From Alphaproteobacteria bacterium (GTDB lineage: Bacteria > Pseudomonadota > Alphaproteobacteria > SP197): a stretch of DNA of 64,000 nucleotides. The DNA lies in contig OZ219917.1 of assembly GCA_964291415.2 (NCBI GenBank), forward strand, positions 1,056,001 to 1,120,000, given 5' to 3'. This document shows positions 54,521-64,000 of this stretch, one piece after another. The position numbers were made by a program, and so were the translations under genes. The notes beneath the pieces were generated by a model, which was not told the origin of the DNA, did no database searches, and saw only the letters and a program-made list of their open reading frames with translations. Each line of letters begins with the position of its first letter. Positions within the stretch are counted from its first letter, which is position 1.

Positions 54521-55696
54521 ATGGCGGCGATGCAGGATAACTCCCGGGATCTTGTTTCCGGCATGCTGGGGGAAGAGGCTCTGCAGCGCCTGCATGCCGG
54601 GGGTGCGCTTCCCAACGTGGCGTACACGAGCCGGGAATGGCTTGAGCTTGAGCGCACGCGCCTGATGTGGTCGATGTGGATGCTGGCGGGATTCGAGAGC
54701 CGAATTCCCGAGGCCGGCGATTGCCTGCCGGTGCAGGTCGCCGGCTGTCCGCTCGTTCTTGTGCGGGGCCACGACGGCGGTATCGCCGCCTTCCACAATG
54801 TCTGCCGGCACCGGGGTGCGGTCATCGTCACGGAGTGCCGCAGGAGACTGGGAGCCCTGACCTGTCCCTACCACGGGTGGAGCTATGGTCTCGATGGCCG
54901 GATCCGCACCCGTCCCCACTTCCACGGTGGCGGGTGTCACGACACGGCTCCGGACCAACGCGCCAGCCTTGCCAGAGTGCGCTGCGAAAGCTGGCGCGGC
55001 ATGCTGTTCGTCAACATCGATGGCCGCGCCGAACCTCTCGACCGCCACATGGCGCCGGTCGACGAACACCTCGCGGGATGGCGCGCGACAACCCTGGCAT
55101 GGGGTGGCAGCCTGGTCTTCGACATCGCCGCCAACTGGAAGCACGTCCACGAAAACTTCATCGACGTCTATCACAAGTTCGCCATCCACCCGGCGCTGTG
55201 CGCCTTCGCGCCCTTGGAAACCAGCAACCCGATGACCTTCATCGCCCCGCACCTGACGATGACCTGGCATGTGATTGCGCGCCCGGAGGAAGGCCGGGGC
55301 TTGGGCCTGCCTCGGTTCCGCGGGCTGCCTGACGCCCTTCACGAGGAGGGCCGCTCCTTCACCGTGATCCCCACATGCGACATCAATCTGTGGCCCGATC
55401 ACATCGCCGTTCTGGTGGCGGAACCGGAGGCCCCGGGGAGGACCCGGGAGACCATTCACTTCCTCTTCGATCCAGATGCCATGACGGAGACCTGCGACAG
55501 GGTTCGGGGCCGGGTTCTCGAGACCTGGGATGCTCTCAACCGCGAGGACATCGCCGTCCTCGAATCGATGCAGAGGGGACGCGACTCGCCGGGGTTCGAC
55601 GGCGGCTCGCTTTCGTCATTCTGGGATCCCGCCACCCACATGTTCTCCAGGAAGGTCGTGGAACTGATGATGAATCGAAGTGGGAGCGCGCCCTGA
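54521..55696 (+). CDS. Rieske non-heme iron oxygenase alpha subunit (choline monooxygenase/GbcA/Stc2-like), copy 1
   Basis: NVCRHRG, CPYHGWSY, NWK...ENFIDVYH....H, EDI. Confidence 0.9.
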   Translation: MAAMQDNSRDLVSGMLGEEALQRLHAGGALPNVAYTSREWLELERTRLMWSMWMLAGFESRIPEAGDCLPVQVAGCPLVLVRGHDGGIAAFHNVCRHRGAVIVTECRRRLGALTCPYHGWSYGLDGRIRTRPHFHGGGCHDTAPDQRASLARVRCESWRGMLFVNIDGRAEPLDRHMAPVDEHLAGWRATTLAWGGSLVFDIAANWKHVHENFIDVYHKFAIHPALCAFAPLETSNPMTFIAPHLTMTWHVIARPEEGRGLGLPRFRGLPDALHEEGRSFTVIPTCDINLWPDHIAVLVAEPEAPGRTRETIHFLFDPDAMTETCDRVRGRVLETWDALNREDIAVLESMQRGRDSPGFDGGSLSSFWDPATHMFSRKVVELMMNRSGSAP

Positions 55697-56832
55697 TGCT
55701 GGACCGCTACATCACCGAGGAGGTTGCCGACAATCTCCGCAGACCGCCCGGCGCGGGAGGGTCCTGCCTCCCCAACGCCTGCTATACCGATCCGGCGTGG
55801 CTGGAACTGGAGAACGAACGTCTCTTTGCCCGCTCCTGGATGTATGCCGGCTCGCTCGACAACATCCCCGATCCCGGCGACATCTTCCCGACCACGGTGG
55901 GGAACCGCCCGGTGGTTCTGGTGCATGGCCACGACGGCATGGTCAGGGCCTTTCACAATGTCTGCCGCCACCGGGGCGCCATCCTGGTTGAGCACCCGTG
56001 CCGTCACCGCAGGCACATCACCTGCCCCTACCACGCCTGGTCATACGGGCTCGACGGCGCCCTGGTGCAGCGTCCGCACTTCGACGGTGTCGGCCGCCAC
56101 GACAGGCCTGAGTCAGGCCCGGGGCTGGTGGAGATCCGCCTGGCGCGCTTTCACCGGGCGATCTTCATCAATCTGGACGGCCACGCCGAGCCATTCGCAG
56201 ACTACATCGGGCCACTGGCGCGCCGCCTTGCCGGTCACGATCTCGACGCGCTGCGCCTGGCGAGAACCCTGACCTGGGAGTTCAGGGCCAACTGGAAACT
56301 CGTCTTCGAGAACTACTTCGACACCTACCATGTCTTCGCCATTCATCCGCGTCTCGATGCCTTTGCCCCGTCCGAGGGACGTAAGGGATTCGGTTGGGAG
56401 GAGAAGCTCCTCCATATGGAGAGCACGTTCGATCAGCCGGAGGCCGGACGTGGTGTGGGCCTGCCGTACTATCCCGGTCTGGCGCCCGGACTCGAACGCC
56501 TCGAGGTGGCCTACCATCTCTTCCCGAGCTGCTGCTACCAGATATGGCCCGATCAGCTGACGGTCTTCCAGGTGTTCCCCGTGGCGCCGGACCACACGAT
56601 CGAGCACCTGCACGTCTTCCTCATCGGCGATGCGGCCCACGATCCCGAATGGGAGGTGGCGCGCCAGGGGGTCTACGACATGTGGGACGAGCTCAACCGG
56701 GAAGACATCAACGCCATCGAGTGGATGCAGAAAGGGCGGCAGTCGCCGGCCTTCGACGGGGGTGTGCTGGCGCCATGCTGGGATTCTTCGCACCAGCATT
56801 TTGCACGACTCGTGGTGGAGACCATGACGTGA
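55696..56832 (+). CDS. Rieske non-heme iron oxygenase alpha subunit, copy 2
   Basis: ATG overlapping the previous TGA; NVCRHRG, CPYHAWSY, NWKL..ENYFDTYH....H, EDI. Confidence 0.9.
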   Translation: MLDRYITEEVADNLRRPPGAGGSCLPNACYTDPAWLELENERLFARSWMYAGSLDNIPDPGDIFPTTVGNRPVVLVHGHDGMVRAFHNVCRHRGAILVEHPCRHRRHITCPYHAWSYGLDGALVQRPHFDGVGRHDRPESGPGLVEIRLARFHRAIFINLDGHAEPFADYIGPLARRLAGHDLDALRLARTLTWEFRANWKLVFENYFDTYHVFAIHPRLDAFAPSEGRKGFGWEEKLLHMESTFDQPEAGRGVGLPYYPGLAPGLERLEVAYHLFPSCCYQIWPDQLTVFQVFPVAPDHTIEHLHVFLIGDAAHDPEWEVARQGVYDMWDELNREDINAIEWMQKGRQSPAFDGGVLAPCWDSSHQHFARLVVETMT

Positions 56833-58793
56833 CCCATCCCGTTTTCCCGCATCTCTTCGCACCGATGGAGCTGAGGGGAAGGGAAATCAGGAACAGGGTC
56901 TTCGTGCCCGGCCACAACACGGCGCTTTCGGAAGGCGGCCGCATCGGCGATGCCATGCTCGCCTATCACGAAGCGCGCATGAAGGGTGGCGTCGGCATGG
57001 TCATGACCGAGGTCCATTGTGTCCACGAGACCTACATGCCGCTGGGGCGCGCCTGGGCGACGAGCGATGACTGCCTGCCGGGCCTTACCCGACTGGCGCG
57101 CCTGGGCCGCGATCACGGCGTGCGTGTGATCGGCCAGGTGTTTCACCCCGGCAGGGTTGCCGCAGCCTCCATCGACGGCACGAAGATGACGGCCTGGGCG
57201 CCCTCGGCGGTGCCCGACGAGATGTACAAGACCGTCCCGGCGCCGCTCACGCGCGACCTGATCCGCGACATCGTCAAGGCCCACGGTGACGGTGCGGCGC
57301 GCATGGCCGAAGCAGGACTCGACGGAATCGAGATCATTTCGTCGATGGGATATCTCGCCAGCCAGTTTCTCAACCCCCGGCTCAACCGGCGTGACGACGA
57401 GTATGGCGGCAGCTTCGCCAACCGCATGCGATTCGTGCGCGAGGTCGCCGCCGCCATCCGTTCCCAGGTCGGGGACGATCTCATTGTCGGTTTGCGGATC
57501 TCAGCCGATGAAATGGACGAGGAAGGGCTCACCATTGCGGAGACCCGCGAAGCCGCGGCCGCCCTCGATGCCGATGGTGTCCTCGACTACCTCAATGTCG
57601 TGTTGGGCTCGACAGCGACCTACACGGGCTGGCAGCACATCATTCCCCACATGCACTTCCAGGCGGGCTATCCGGGAGAGAAGTCGGCCGCGCTGAAGGA
57701 GGTGGTGAAGCGCATGCCGGTGCTGGTGGCCGGACGCATCAACCAACCGCAGGTCGCCGAGGACATTCTCGCAAGGGGCGGAGCCGACATGGTCGGCATC
57801 GTGCGAGGTCACATCGCCGATCCGGACTTCGTGAAGAAGGCCTTCGAGAACAGGGTCGACGACATCCGCGCCTGCATCGGCTGCGATCAGGCCTGTATCG
57901 GCCATCGCCTGAAAGGCTTTGCCATCTCCTGCATCCAGTTCCCCGAGACCGGGCGGGAACTCACCTACGGCACCAGGCACCGGGCGGCGCGGCCGCGCAG
58001 GGTCATCGTCGCCGGCGGCGGACCGGCGGGTCTCAAGGCCGCGGCGGTGGCGGCCGAACGCGGCCACGAGGTCATCCTCCTCGAGGCGGCGCGCCAGGCG
58101 GGAGGCCAGGCGCTGCTCGCCCAGGCCCTGCCGGGCAGGGCCGAGTTCGGCGGAATCGTCACGAACCTCGTGCGCGAGTGCGCGATCCACGGGGTCGACA
58201 TCAGAAGAGGCGTCAGGGCGACGCCCGAATCGCTGATGCCGCTGAAGCCGGACGTCGTGATCTGTGCCACCGGCGCGGTCGAGGAGCGCCCCGAACTCGA
58301 GGGCATGGACCAGGCGCACGTCGTCGGGGCCTGGTCGGTGGCCGCCGGGACGGCCAATGTCGGAACCAGGGTTGTGGTCTACGACTGGCATGCCAACTGG
58401 ATCGGACCCGGCGTGGCGGAAAAGCTGGCGCGTGACGGTTGCTCCGTGCGTCTTGCCGTCAACGGCCCCATGGTCGGGGAGCACCTGCCGATGATGGTGC
58501 GGGACGGCTGGATGGGCGAGCTTCACAAGCTCGGCGTCGACGTCATCACGTACGCCCGCCTCTACGGGTGCGACGAGGACAGCGTGTTCATGCAGCATGT
58601 CACGAGCGGCCAGCCGATCATCTGCGACGATGTCGAGACCCTTGTGCTCGCCACTCCCCACAAACGCGAGGCAGGATTGTGGGAAGAGTTGACCGACATG
58701 GGCATGGAGTGCCACCTCGTCGGTGACGCGCTGGCTCCCAGGACAGCCGAGGAGGCCGTCCTGGAAGGTCTCCAGGCGGCGTCCGGAATCTGA
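56829..58793 (+). CDS. NADH:flavin oxidoreductase (OYE + 4Fe-4S + FAD domain; N-methylproline/dimethylglycine demethylase-like), copy 1
   Basis: GTG at 56829; NR...PGH, N.RDDEYGGS..NR, RACIGCDQAC, GGGPAG. Confidence 0.85.
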   Translation: MTHPVFPHLFAPMELRGREIRNRVFVPGHNTALSEGGRIGDAMLAYHEARMKGGVGMVMTEVHCVHETYMPLGRAWATSDDCLPGLTRLARLGRDHGVRVIGQVFHPGRVAAASIDGTKMTAWAPSAVPDEMYKTVPAPLTRDLIRDIVKAHGDGAARMAEAGLDGIEIISSMGYLASQFLNPRLNRRDDEYGGSFANRMRFVREVAAAIRSQVGDDLIVGLRISADEMDEEGLTIAETREAAAALDADGVLDYLNVVLGSTATYTGWQHIIPHMHFQAGYPGEKSAALKEVVKRMPVLVAGRINQPQVAEDILARGGADMVGIVRGHIADPDFVKKAFENRVDDIRACIGCDQACIGHRLKGFAISCIQFPETGRELTYGTRHRAARPRRVIVAGGGPAGLKAAAVAAERGHEVILLEAARQAGGQALLAQALPGRAEFGGIVTNLVRECAIHGVDIRRGVRATPESLMPLKPDVVICATGAVEERPELEGMDQAHVVGAWSVAAGTANVGTRVVVYDWHANWIGPGVAEKLARDGCSVRLAVNGPMVGEHLPMMVRDGWMGELHKLGVDVITYARLYGCDEDSVFMQHVTSGQPIICDDVETLVLATPHKREAGLWEELTDMGMECHLVGDALAPRTAEEAVLEGLQAASGI

Positions 58794-58799
58794 TCCGGA

Positions 58800-60761
58800 A
58801 TGTCGTTTCCCAACCTCTTCCGGCCCATCGAACTGGGCGGCCTGGAGATTGCCAACCGAGTGGTCTTCGGCCCCCATGGCACCAGCCAGGGCCGCCAGCC
58901 CGGAACCATGGCCGACCTCGTCGCCTATCACGAGGCCCGTGCCCAGGGAGGGGTCGGCCTCATCATCACCGAGGCCCACACTGTCCACGAGAGCTACGAG
59001 GTGCGTCACAACCTGCTGGCCGTGAGCGATGACGATGCCATTCCCGACCTGAAGATGCTGGCCGATGCCGCACACCGCTACGGCGCCCGCATGTTCGGCC
59101 AGCTCTTCCACCCTGGCCGCGCGGTCGCCAACCGGAAGAACGGCGCGCTGCTGGCTGCCTGGGCGCCATCGGAAGTGCCCGATGAACGCCATCACGTCAT
59201 GCCCGCGCCGATGTCCCTCACCCTTATCCGCGACATCGTGAAAGCCTATGGCGACGGCGCCCGGCGCATGGCCGAGGCCGGTCTCGACGGAGTCGAGTAC
59301 ATGGTCTCCATGGGCTACCTGCCGGCACAGTTCGTCAACCCTCGGACCAATCGGCGCGAGGATGCCTATGGCGGCAGTTTCGAGAACCGCATGCGCTTCC
59401 TTGACGAGTCGCTCGGAGCCATCCGCGACGCTGTCGGCAGCGACCTGGTGGTGGGCATGCGCATCTCGGTCGACGAACTCGACCATGGCGGGCTGTCGCC
59501 CGAGGAATCACGGCAGGTGGCGCGGAGCCTGGCGCATGATGGCCTGGTCGACTACGTCAACGTGATCGGCGGATCGGGCGCGTCCGTCGGCGGCGCCATC
59601 CACATCGTGCCGCCCATGGCGGTGGAACCAGCCTACCTCTCCGAGGCGGCCGCAGACCTGCGGCGGGACCTCGGTGTGCCGACCATGCTGGGCGGGCGCA
59701 TCAACCAGCCCCATGCGGCCGAGCAGGTGATCGCCTCGGGTGCGGCAGACATGGTCTGCCTGGTGAGAGCCCTCATCGCCGACCCCCATTTCGCCCGGAA
59801 GGCGGCCACGGGCAAGGCCGACTCGATCCGCGCCTGCATCGCCTGCAACCAGGCCTGCATCGGTCACCGCCACATGGGTGCCGTTGTCTCGTGCATCCAG
59901 CACCCCGAGACCGGTCGCGAGCGCCGGTTCCCCCACGTCAGGACACCGTCGGCATCGACGCTGAAGGTTGTCGTGGCCGGAGGAGGCCCGGGGGGCATGA
60001 AGGCGGCCGCCACGGCCGCCGAGTGCGGGCACGACGTGACGCTCTTCGAAAAGGAAAGCGAACTCGGCGGACAGGCCCGTCTCGCGCAGATGCTCCCGGG
60101 GCGTGCCGAGTTCGGCGGCATCATCACCAATCTCTCCCGCGAGGTGGCGGAGGCCGGTGTCACGGTGGTGAAGGGAAGCGTTGCGAGCGCAGGCAGTATC
60201 AGGCGCCTTGCGGCCGACGCCGTGATCGTGGCGACAGGGGCGGTCCCCTACCGGCCCTCTCTCGAGGGGGACGTGCAGGGAATCGATGCGTGGTCGGTGA
60301 TCAGGGGTGAGGCCAATGTCGGTTCACGGGTTGTCATCGCCGACTGGCGCTGCGACTGGACCGGAATGGGTGTGGCCGAGTTGCTGGCGCGCCAGGGCTG
60401 CCATGTCCGCCTCTACTGCCAGGGCACGCAACCCGGCCAGAATCTCCAGTCCTATCTCAGGGATCACTGGATCGGCGTCCTGGATGGGCTCGGCGTCGAA
60501 ACCCGTGCCTACGCACGGCTGTTCGGCGCCGACGGAGATGTGGTCTACTTCCAGCACATGACCAATGGCGAACCGCTCATTGCCGACGAGGTCGATACCT
60601 TGGTGCTGGCCCAGGGACACCGCCGCGTGGCGACTCTGCACGAAGAACTCGAGAACGAGGGGCAGCGTGGTCTTCACATGATCGGTGATGCCCTTTCGCC
60701 GCGGACGGCCGAAGAAGCGGTTCTCGAGGGGCTTGAGGCCGCCATGACACTCGCTGCCTGA
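58800..60761 (+). CDS. NADH:flavin oxidoreductase, copy 2
   Basis: N.REDAYGGSFENR, RACIACNQAC, GGGPGG; paralog of the upstream gene. Confidence 0.85.
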   Translation: MSFPNLFRPIELGGLEIANRVVFGPHGTSQGRQPGTMADLVAYHEARAQGGVGLIITEAHTVHESYEVRHNLLAVSDDDAIPDLKMLADAAHRYGARMFGQLFHPGRAVANRKNGALLAAWAPSEVPDERHHVMPAPMSLTLIRDIVKAYGDGARRMAEAGLDGVEYMVSMGYLPAQFVNPRTNRREDAYGGSFENRMRFLDESLGAIRDAVGSDLVVGMRISVDELDHGGLSPEESRQVARSLAHDGLVDYVNVIGGSGASVGGAIHIVPPMAVEPAYLSEAAADLRRDLGVPTMLGGRINQPHAAEQVIASGAADMVCLVRALIADPHFARKAATGKADSIRACIACNQACIGHRHMGAVVSCIQHPETGRERRFPHVRTPSASTLKVVVAGGGPGGMKAAATAAECGHDVTLFEKESELGGQARLAQMLPGRAEFGGIITNLSREVAEAGVTVVKGSVASAGSIRRLAADAVIVATGAVPYRPSLEGDVQGIDAWSVIRGEANVGSRVVIADWRCDWTGMGVAELLARQGCHVRLYCQGTQPGQNLQSYLRDHWIGVLDGLGVETRAYARLFGADGDVVYFQHMTNGEPLIADEVDTLVLAQGHRRVATLHEELENEGQRGLHMIGDALSPRTAEEAVLEGLEAAMTLAA

Positions 60762-60764
60762 CCG

Positions 60765-61691
60765 ATGGCAGAGGGGCCCCTTCTCGTCACGGGTGCGGCC
60801 GGGTGTATCGGCGCCTGGATCGTGGCGCGGCTCAGCCAGGCGGGCCGCGAGGTGGTCGCACTCGACCGCATCGACGACCGCCGCCGCCTCTGCCTGGCGA
60901 TGGACGAACGGACGGCTCACGCCGTTGCCTGGCTGAGCGTCGACATCTGCGATGCGCCCGCGCTGGATGATGCCGTCATGCGCCTGCGTCCCCGGGCGAT
61001 CATCCACCTTGCCGCACTGCAGATTCCCTTCTGTGCGGCAGATCCGGTGGCCGGCGCCACCGTCAACGTGGCAGGACATGCCGCCCTCTTCGAGGCGGCC
61101 CGCAAGGCCGGTGTCCGTCACGTGGTCTATGCCAGTTCGGTGGCTTCCCTGCCGGCTGCGGGGAGGCAGGGACCCAACACCCTCTACGGAGTCTACAAGC
61201 GCGCCAACGAGGGCGTGGCGGCGATCTACTGGCAGGACTGGCAGGTTGCCAGCATTGGCGTCAGGCCGCACACGGTCTATGGCCCGGGACGCGATCAGGG
61301 CATGACGTCGTCGCCGACGAAGGCGATGCTGGCGGCGGCCAGTGGCCAGCCCTACCAGATCGCCTACGATACGACGATGATGATGCAGCACGTTCACGAA
61401 GTGGCCGACGCCTTCATCGCCTGCGCGGACGCCACCGTCTCCGGCCACCACGTCTGCAACCTCGGTGGTGAGAAGGCCTCAACTCCTGAGATCGCCGCCA
61501 TCATCAACCGGCTCGTTCCCGGCGCCCGGATCAGTGTCGCCGATACCCGGATCGATCTCCCGATGGACCAGGACGACAGCGCCCTGCGCGCCCTCGTAGG
61601 CGACTGGCCCGCCGTTCCCCTCGAGAACGGCATCCGCCACACGATTTCCGCCTTCCGCGACCTCGCCAAACGCGGCCTCGTGAGAGCTTGA
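60765..61691 (+). CDS. NAD-dependent epimerase/dehydratase (extended SDR)
   Basis: TGAAGCIG, HLAA, YASS, YGVYK, VYGPGRD. Confidence 0.9.
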   Translation: MAEGPLLVTGAAGCIGAWIVARLSQAGREVVALDRIDDRRRLCLAMDERTAHAVAWLSVDICDAPALDDAVMRLRPRAIIHLAALQIPFCAADPVAGATVNVAGHAALFEAARKAGVRHVVYASSVASLPAAGRQGPNTLYGVYKRANEGVAAIYWQDWQVASIGVRPHTVYGPGRDQGMTSSPTKAMLAAASGQPYQIAYDTTMMMQHVHEVADAFIACADATVSGHHVCNLGGEKASTPEIAAIINRLVPGARISVADTRIDLPMDQDDSALRALVGDWPAVPLENGIRHTISAFRDLAKRGLVRA

Positions 61692-61838
61692 GCGCTTCAA
61701 CCAACACAATGCGCGGCAAGCCTCACCAAGGCCGCCGCGCGCCCTTGCCGTCGGTGCCGGCACTCCTTTCCAGGTCGACACCTGTCGTCCTGATACGATC
61801 CGGTGGCCAGCCCTGGTTCGAATTCCGATGACTGAATG

Positions 61839-61910
61839 GTCCGAAAACTGCATACATTTTTCGGACTCGAGCTTCCAATTTGTCCGAAATCATGCTACAG
61901 ATTTCGGACA
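61839..61910. promoter_or_regulatory. Two tandem inverted-repeat operators of the abiE locus
   Basis: GTCCGAAAA-N10-TTTTCGGAC (61839-61866) and TGTCCGAAAT-N10-ATTTCGGACA (61881-61910) share the core TCCGAAA. Confidence 0.75.
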
Positions 61911-62566
61911 TGGGCAGAAACGCCTCTCATCTGAAGACCGATATCCTGACAAGGGTCGATCAGGGCGTGTCGCAGGGCGTTTGGACACCGCGCGATTTCC
62001 TCGATCTCGGTGCGCGCGGCGCCGTGGACAAGGCATTGCAACGCCTGACCAGCGCCGGGACTTTGCGTCGCATCGACCGTGGCCTCTACGACAGGCCTTC
62101 GCTCAACAGCCTCACCCGGAAGAATAGCCCGCCGGATCCTCGAGAGGTCATCGCTGCAATCGCCCGGAGAGATCAAATCCGCGTGCTCGTCGACGGCATG
62201 ACCGCGGCGAACGACCTTGGGTTCACCAATGCCGTTCCGGCCAGAATCGTCGTGCATACGGATTCCCGACTGAAATCGGTCTCTCTCGGCCGGCTCGACA
62301 TCACGTTCATGCCGACGGCCGCCAGCAAGCTCTACTGGGCCGGAAGGCCGGCCATGCGTGTCGTGCAGGCACTGCACTGGCTGCGGGATACGATTGCACA
62401 AGTGGACGATGATCGGGCAACAACGCGGCGCCTGACTGCGCTTCTCCATGATCCGAAACAAGGCAAGAGACTTCGCGATGATCTGACAGAGGGGCTATCG
62501 ACGTTACCGGCATGGATGCAGACTCTCTTGCGTCCCATGCTGAACGAACAGAAGAGCGCATCGTGA
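61910..62566 (+). CDS. DUF6088 / AbiEi-like type IV antitoxin (wHTH)
   Basis: VWTP.DFLDLG.R.AVDKALQRL...G.LRRIDRGLYD.P, DGMTAANDLG; probable start ATG at 61910. Confidence 0.85.
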   Translation: MGRNASHLKTDILTRVDQGVSQGVWTPRDFLDLGARGAVDKALQRLTSAGTLRRIDRGLYDRPSLNSLTRKNSPPDPREVIAAIARRDQIRVLVDGMTAANDLGFTNAVPARIVVHTDSRLKSVSLGRLDITFMPTAASKLYWAGRPAMRVVQALHWLRDTIAQVDDDRATTRRLTALLHDPKQGKRLRDDLTEGLSTLPAWMQTLLRPMLNEQKSAS

Positions 62567-62712
62567 ACCCCTCCTATGATCGCATCATGGCGGCCGACAA
62601 CGAAACTCTTCGCGACCTGTTCACGATGACGGCGCTGCGGCTGGGGGCCACACCCCAAAATGCGGAGAAGGACTTCTGGGTCTGCTGGACTCTCGACGCA
62701 CTCTTCAACGGA
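62563..62712 (+). pseudogene. Truncated AbiEii nucleotidyltransferase toxin
   Basis: GTG-NPSYD...F..TA.RLG....NAEKDFWVCWTLDALFNG, then unrelated sequence before the expected FKGGT motif. Confidence 0.8.
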
Positions 62713-62875
62713 TCGAAATGGCCCCGTCCTGCATTGATTCACAGCGCTCACGCCCTTCCAGGGCGGGGACGTTCGATGAGCAGATGCGGTTCACTGCACA
62801 GACCGTCGTTATCCTCGCTGACCCGCCCGTAGTAACGCCACGCTGTCGTCCGTCTCCACCGTGCCAGTCACGGGG

Positions 62876-63187
62876 TCAGCGGAAGAATTCGACGCGGAAC
62901 CTTGCCTTTCCCAGGGGCGCGATCTCGTGCTCCACTTCGGGCTCGACGATGCCGGGGGTGTCCGGGTCAAGGATGTGTTCCTCGGCGGGCGCGGTGTGGA
63001 TCCGGTAAAGCAGACGTCCCTCCAGGACGACGATCCGGCCCCAGGTTCCCGCCTTCGTGCGGTGAGCCCTGAGCAGGCCGGACGGCACCGTCTCGTCGGT
63101 GAAGACCGGGGTCGTGCGCTGGAGGCGCAGGTTGGCGGGAAGCGTCTTCACGAGTCGGGAGGGCTGTGGTAGCGGAGTGGTGGTCAT
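62876..63187 (-). CDS. DUF1971 / YeaR-TehB N-terminal cupin-like protein
   Basis: TPVFT.ETVP.GL..AH.TK.GTWGRI.VLEG.L, P...H.I.P. Confidence 0.85.
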   Translation of the reverse strand: MTTTPLPQPSRLVKTLPANLRLQRTTPVFTDETVPSGLLRAHRTKAGTWGRIVVLEGRLLYRIHTAPAEEHILDPDTPGIVEPEVEHEIAPLGKARFRVEFFR

Positions 63188-63237
63188 TTGACCACGAGGG
63201 CGTCGAGACTCAAGCGGAACGATCGGGGAGCGGGACC

Positions 63238-64000
63238 ATGGCCAGCAACGTACTTGTCATCTGTTCGGACCAGCACTGGCGCGATGCGGCGGGGTGCTAC
63301 GGGCATCCCCTGGTTCTCACGCCCAACATCGATGCTCTGGCCCGCCGCGGCACTGTCTTCGATGTCGCCTACGCGGCGGGGCCCATCTGTGTTTCGGCCC
63401 GCGCCGCCATGCAGACCGGCCGCTGGGTCCACCAGCTTGGCACATGGTCGAGCGCCGAGCCCTACGACGGATCACCCGGGGGCTGGGGACACCGGCTCCA
63501 GGAGGAGGGACGGCGGGTGGTGTCCATCGGCAAGCTCCACTTCCGTTCGAGCGACGACGACAACGGCTTCACCGAGGAGGTGATCCCGGTCCACATACTG
63601 AACGGGACCGGCTTCACCTCGTCCATGGTGCGCGACGGCCTCGAACCCTATGCCAGCAACGCGGACTTCGCCCTCGACATCGGCCGCGGGGAATCGCGCT
63701 ACACGCGCTACGACCGCAAGGTCACCGAGCTCGCCTGCGCATGGCTTGACGAGGTCGCTCCGGCGACCGACCAGCCGTGGACGCTTTTCTGTTCATTCGT
63801 GGCGCCGCACCACCCCATCGTGGCCCCCGACATGTTCCATGATCTCTATGACAGGCAAGAGGTCGACATGCCGCGTCTGCGCGCACCGGGAGAGCGGCCG
63901 GACCATCCGGTTCTCGATGTCTGCCAGGCGATCTGGGACTATGATCGGCACTTCCGGGACGATGACCACGTCATCGAGGCGCGGCATGCCTACTACGGCT
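63238..64000 (+). CDS. Sulfatase (choline-sulfatase-like), runs off the window
   Basis: MASNVLVICSDQH, TPNIDALA.RG, PICVSARA.MQTG, IGKLH, SFVAPHHP; missing from the ORF track because there is no stop inside the window. Confidence 0.88.
   Translation, partial: MASNVLVICSDQHWRDAAGCYGHPLVLTPNIDALARRGTVFDVAYAAGPICVSARAAMQTGRWVHQLGTWSSAEPYDGSPGGWGHRLQEEGRRVVSIGKLHFRSSDDDNGFTEEVIPVHILNGTGFTSSMVRDGLEPYASNADFALDIGRGESRYTRYDRKVTELACAWLDEVAPATDQPWTLFCSFVAPHHPIVAPDMFHDLYDRQEVDMPRLRAPGERPDHPVLDVCQAIWDYDRHFRDDDHVIEARHAYYG

Noticed and set aside
61810-61830. GGTTCGAATTCC near abiE as a tRNA-derived att site matching selC
   Set aside because: Only a T-loop-like few bases; it does not match the selC 3' end and no integrase is present.
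1-64000. CRISPR arrays, rRNA genes, transposases or integrases
   Set aside because: No regularly spaced repeats, rRNA-like sequence or DDE/tyrosine/serine recombinase motifs were seen by eye.

Overview
GC-rich DNA with alphaproteobacterial gene content and order, probably from a marine-sponge symbiont (inferred from the RiPP cluster). (1) 1-7.3 kb: fitAB/vapBC toxin-antitoxin pair, then glnT/gmaS, ribokinase, rsmB, rpe and a heparinase II/III-family gene. (2) 7.3-15.7 kb: a selenium/sulfur block with tRNA-Sec, an FAD-oxidoreductase-SelD fusion, a GrdB/PrdB-family selenoprotein that the ORF track splits at an in-frame UGA (a SECIS-like hairpin follows it), an amidohydrolase, a tandemly duplicated DUF917 gene and a persulfide dioxygenase-rhodanese fusion. 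(3) 17.1-34.4 kb: a proteusin (NHLP) RiPP cluster resembling the sponge-microbiome srp clusters, with an LCCCW core, a YcaO cyclodehydratase, a flavin-dependent halogenase and a C39 exporter. It also encodes three unusual enzymes: an AlkB-like diiron enzyme fused to a degenerate GlnE domain, an NHLP leader fused to a class II terpene-cyclase-like domain, and a probable prenyltransferase. These suggest a halogenated, thiazoline-containing, terpenylated pentapeptide. (4) 34.6-64 kb: genes for uptake and catabolism of amines, betaines and proline derivatives (ABC, TRAP, Rieske oxygenases, flavoenzymes), plus ada, an AbiE antitoxin with a truncated toxin, and a partial sulfatase. The ada and TRAP cassettes are each bracketed by a decayed direct copy of a neighbouring gene end, and the DUF917 duplication carries a similar scar. 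No transposase or integrase is visible. All calls were made by eye; no database searches were run.
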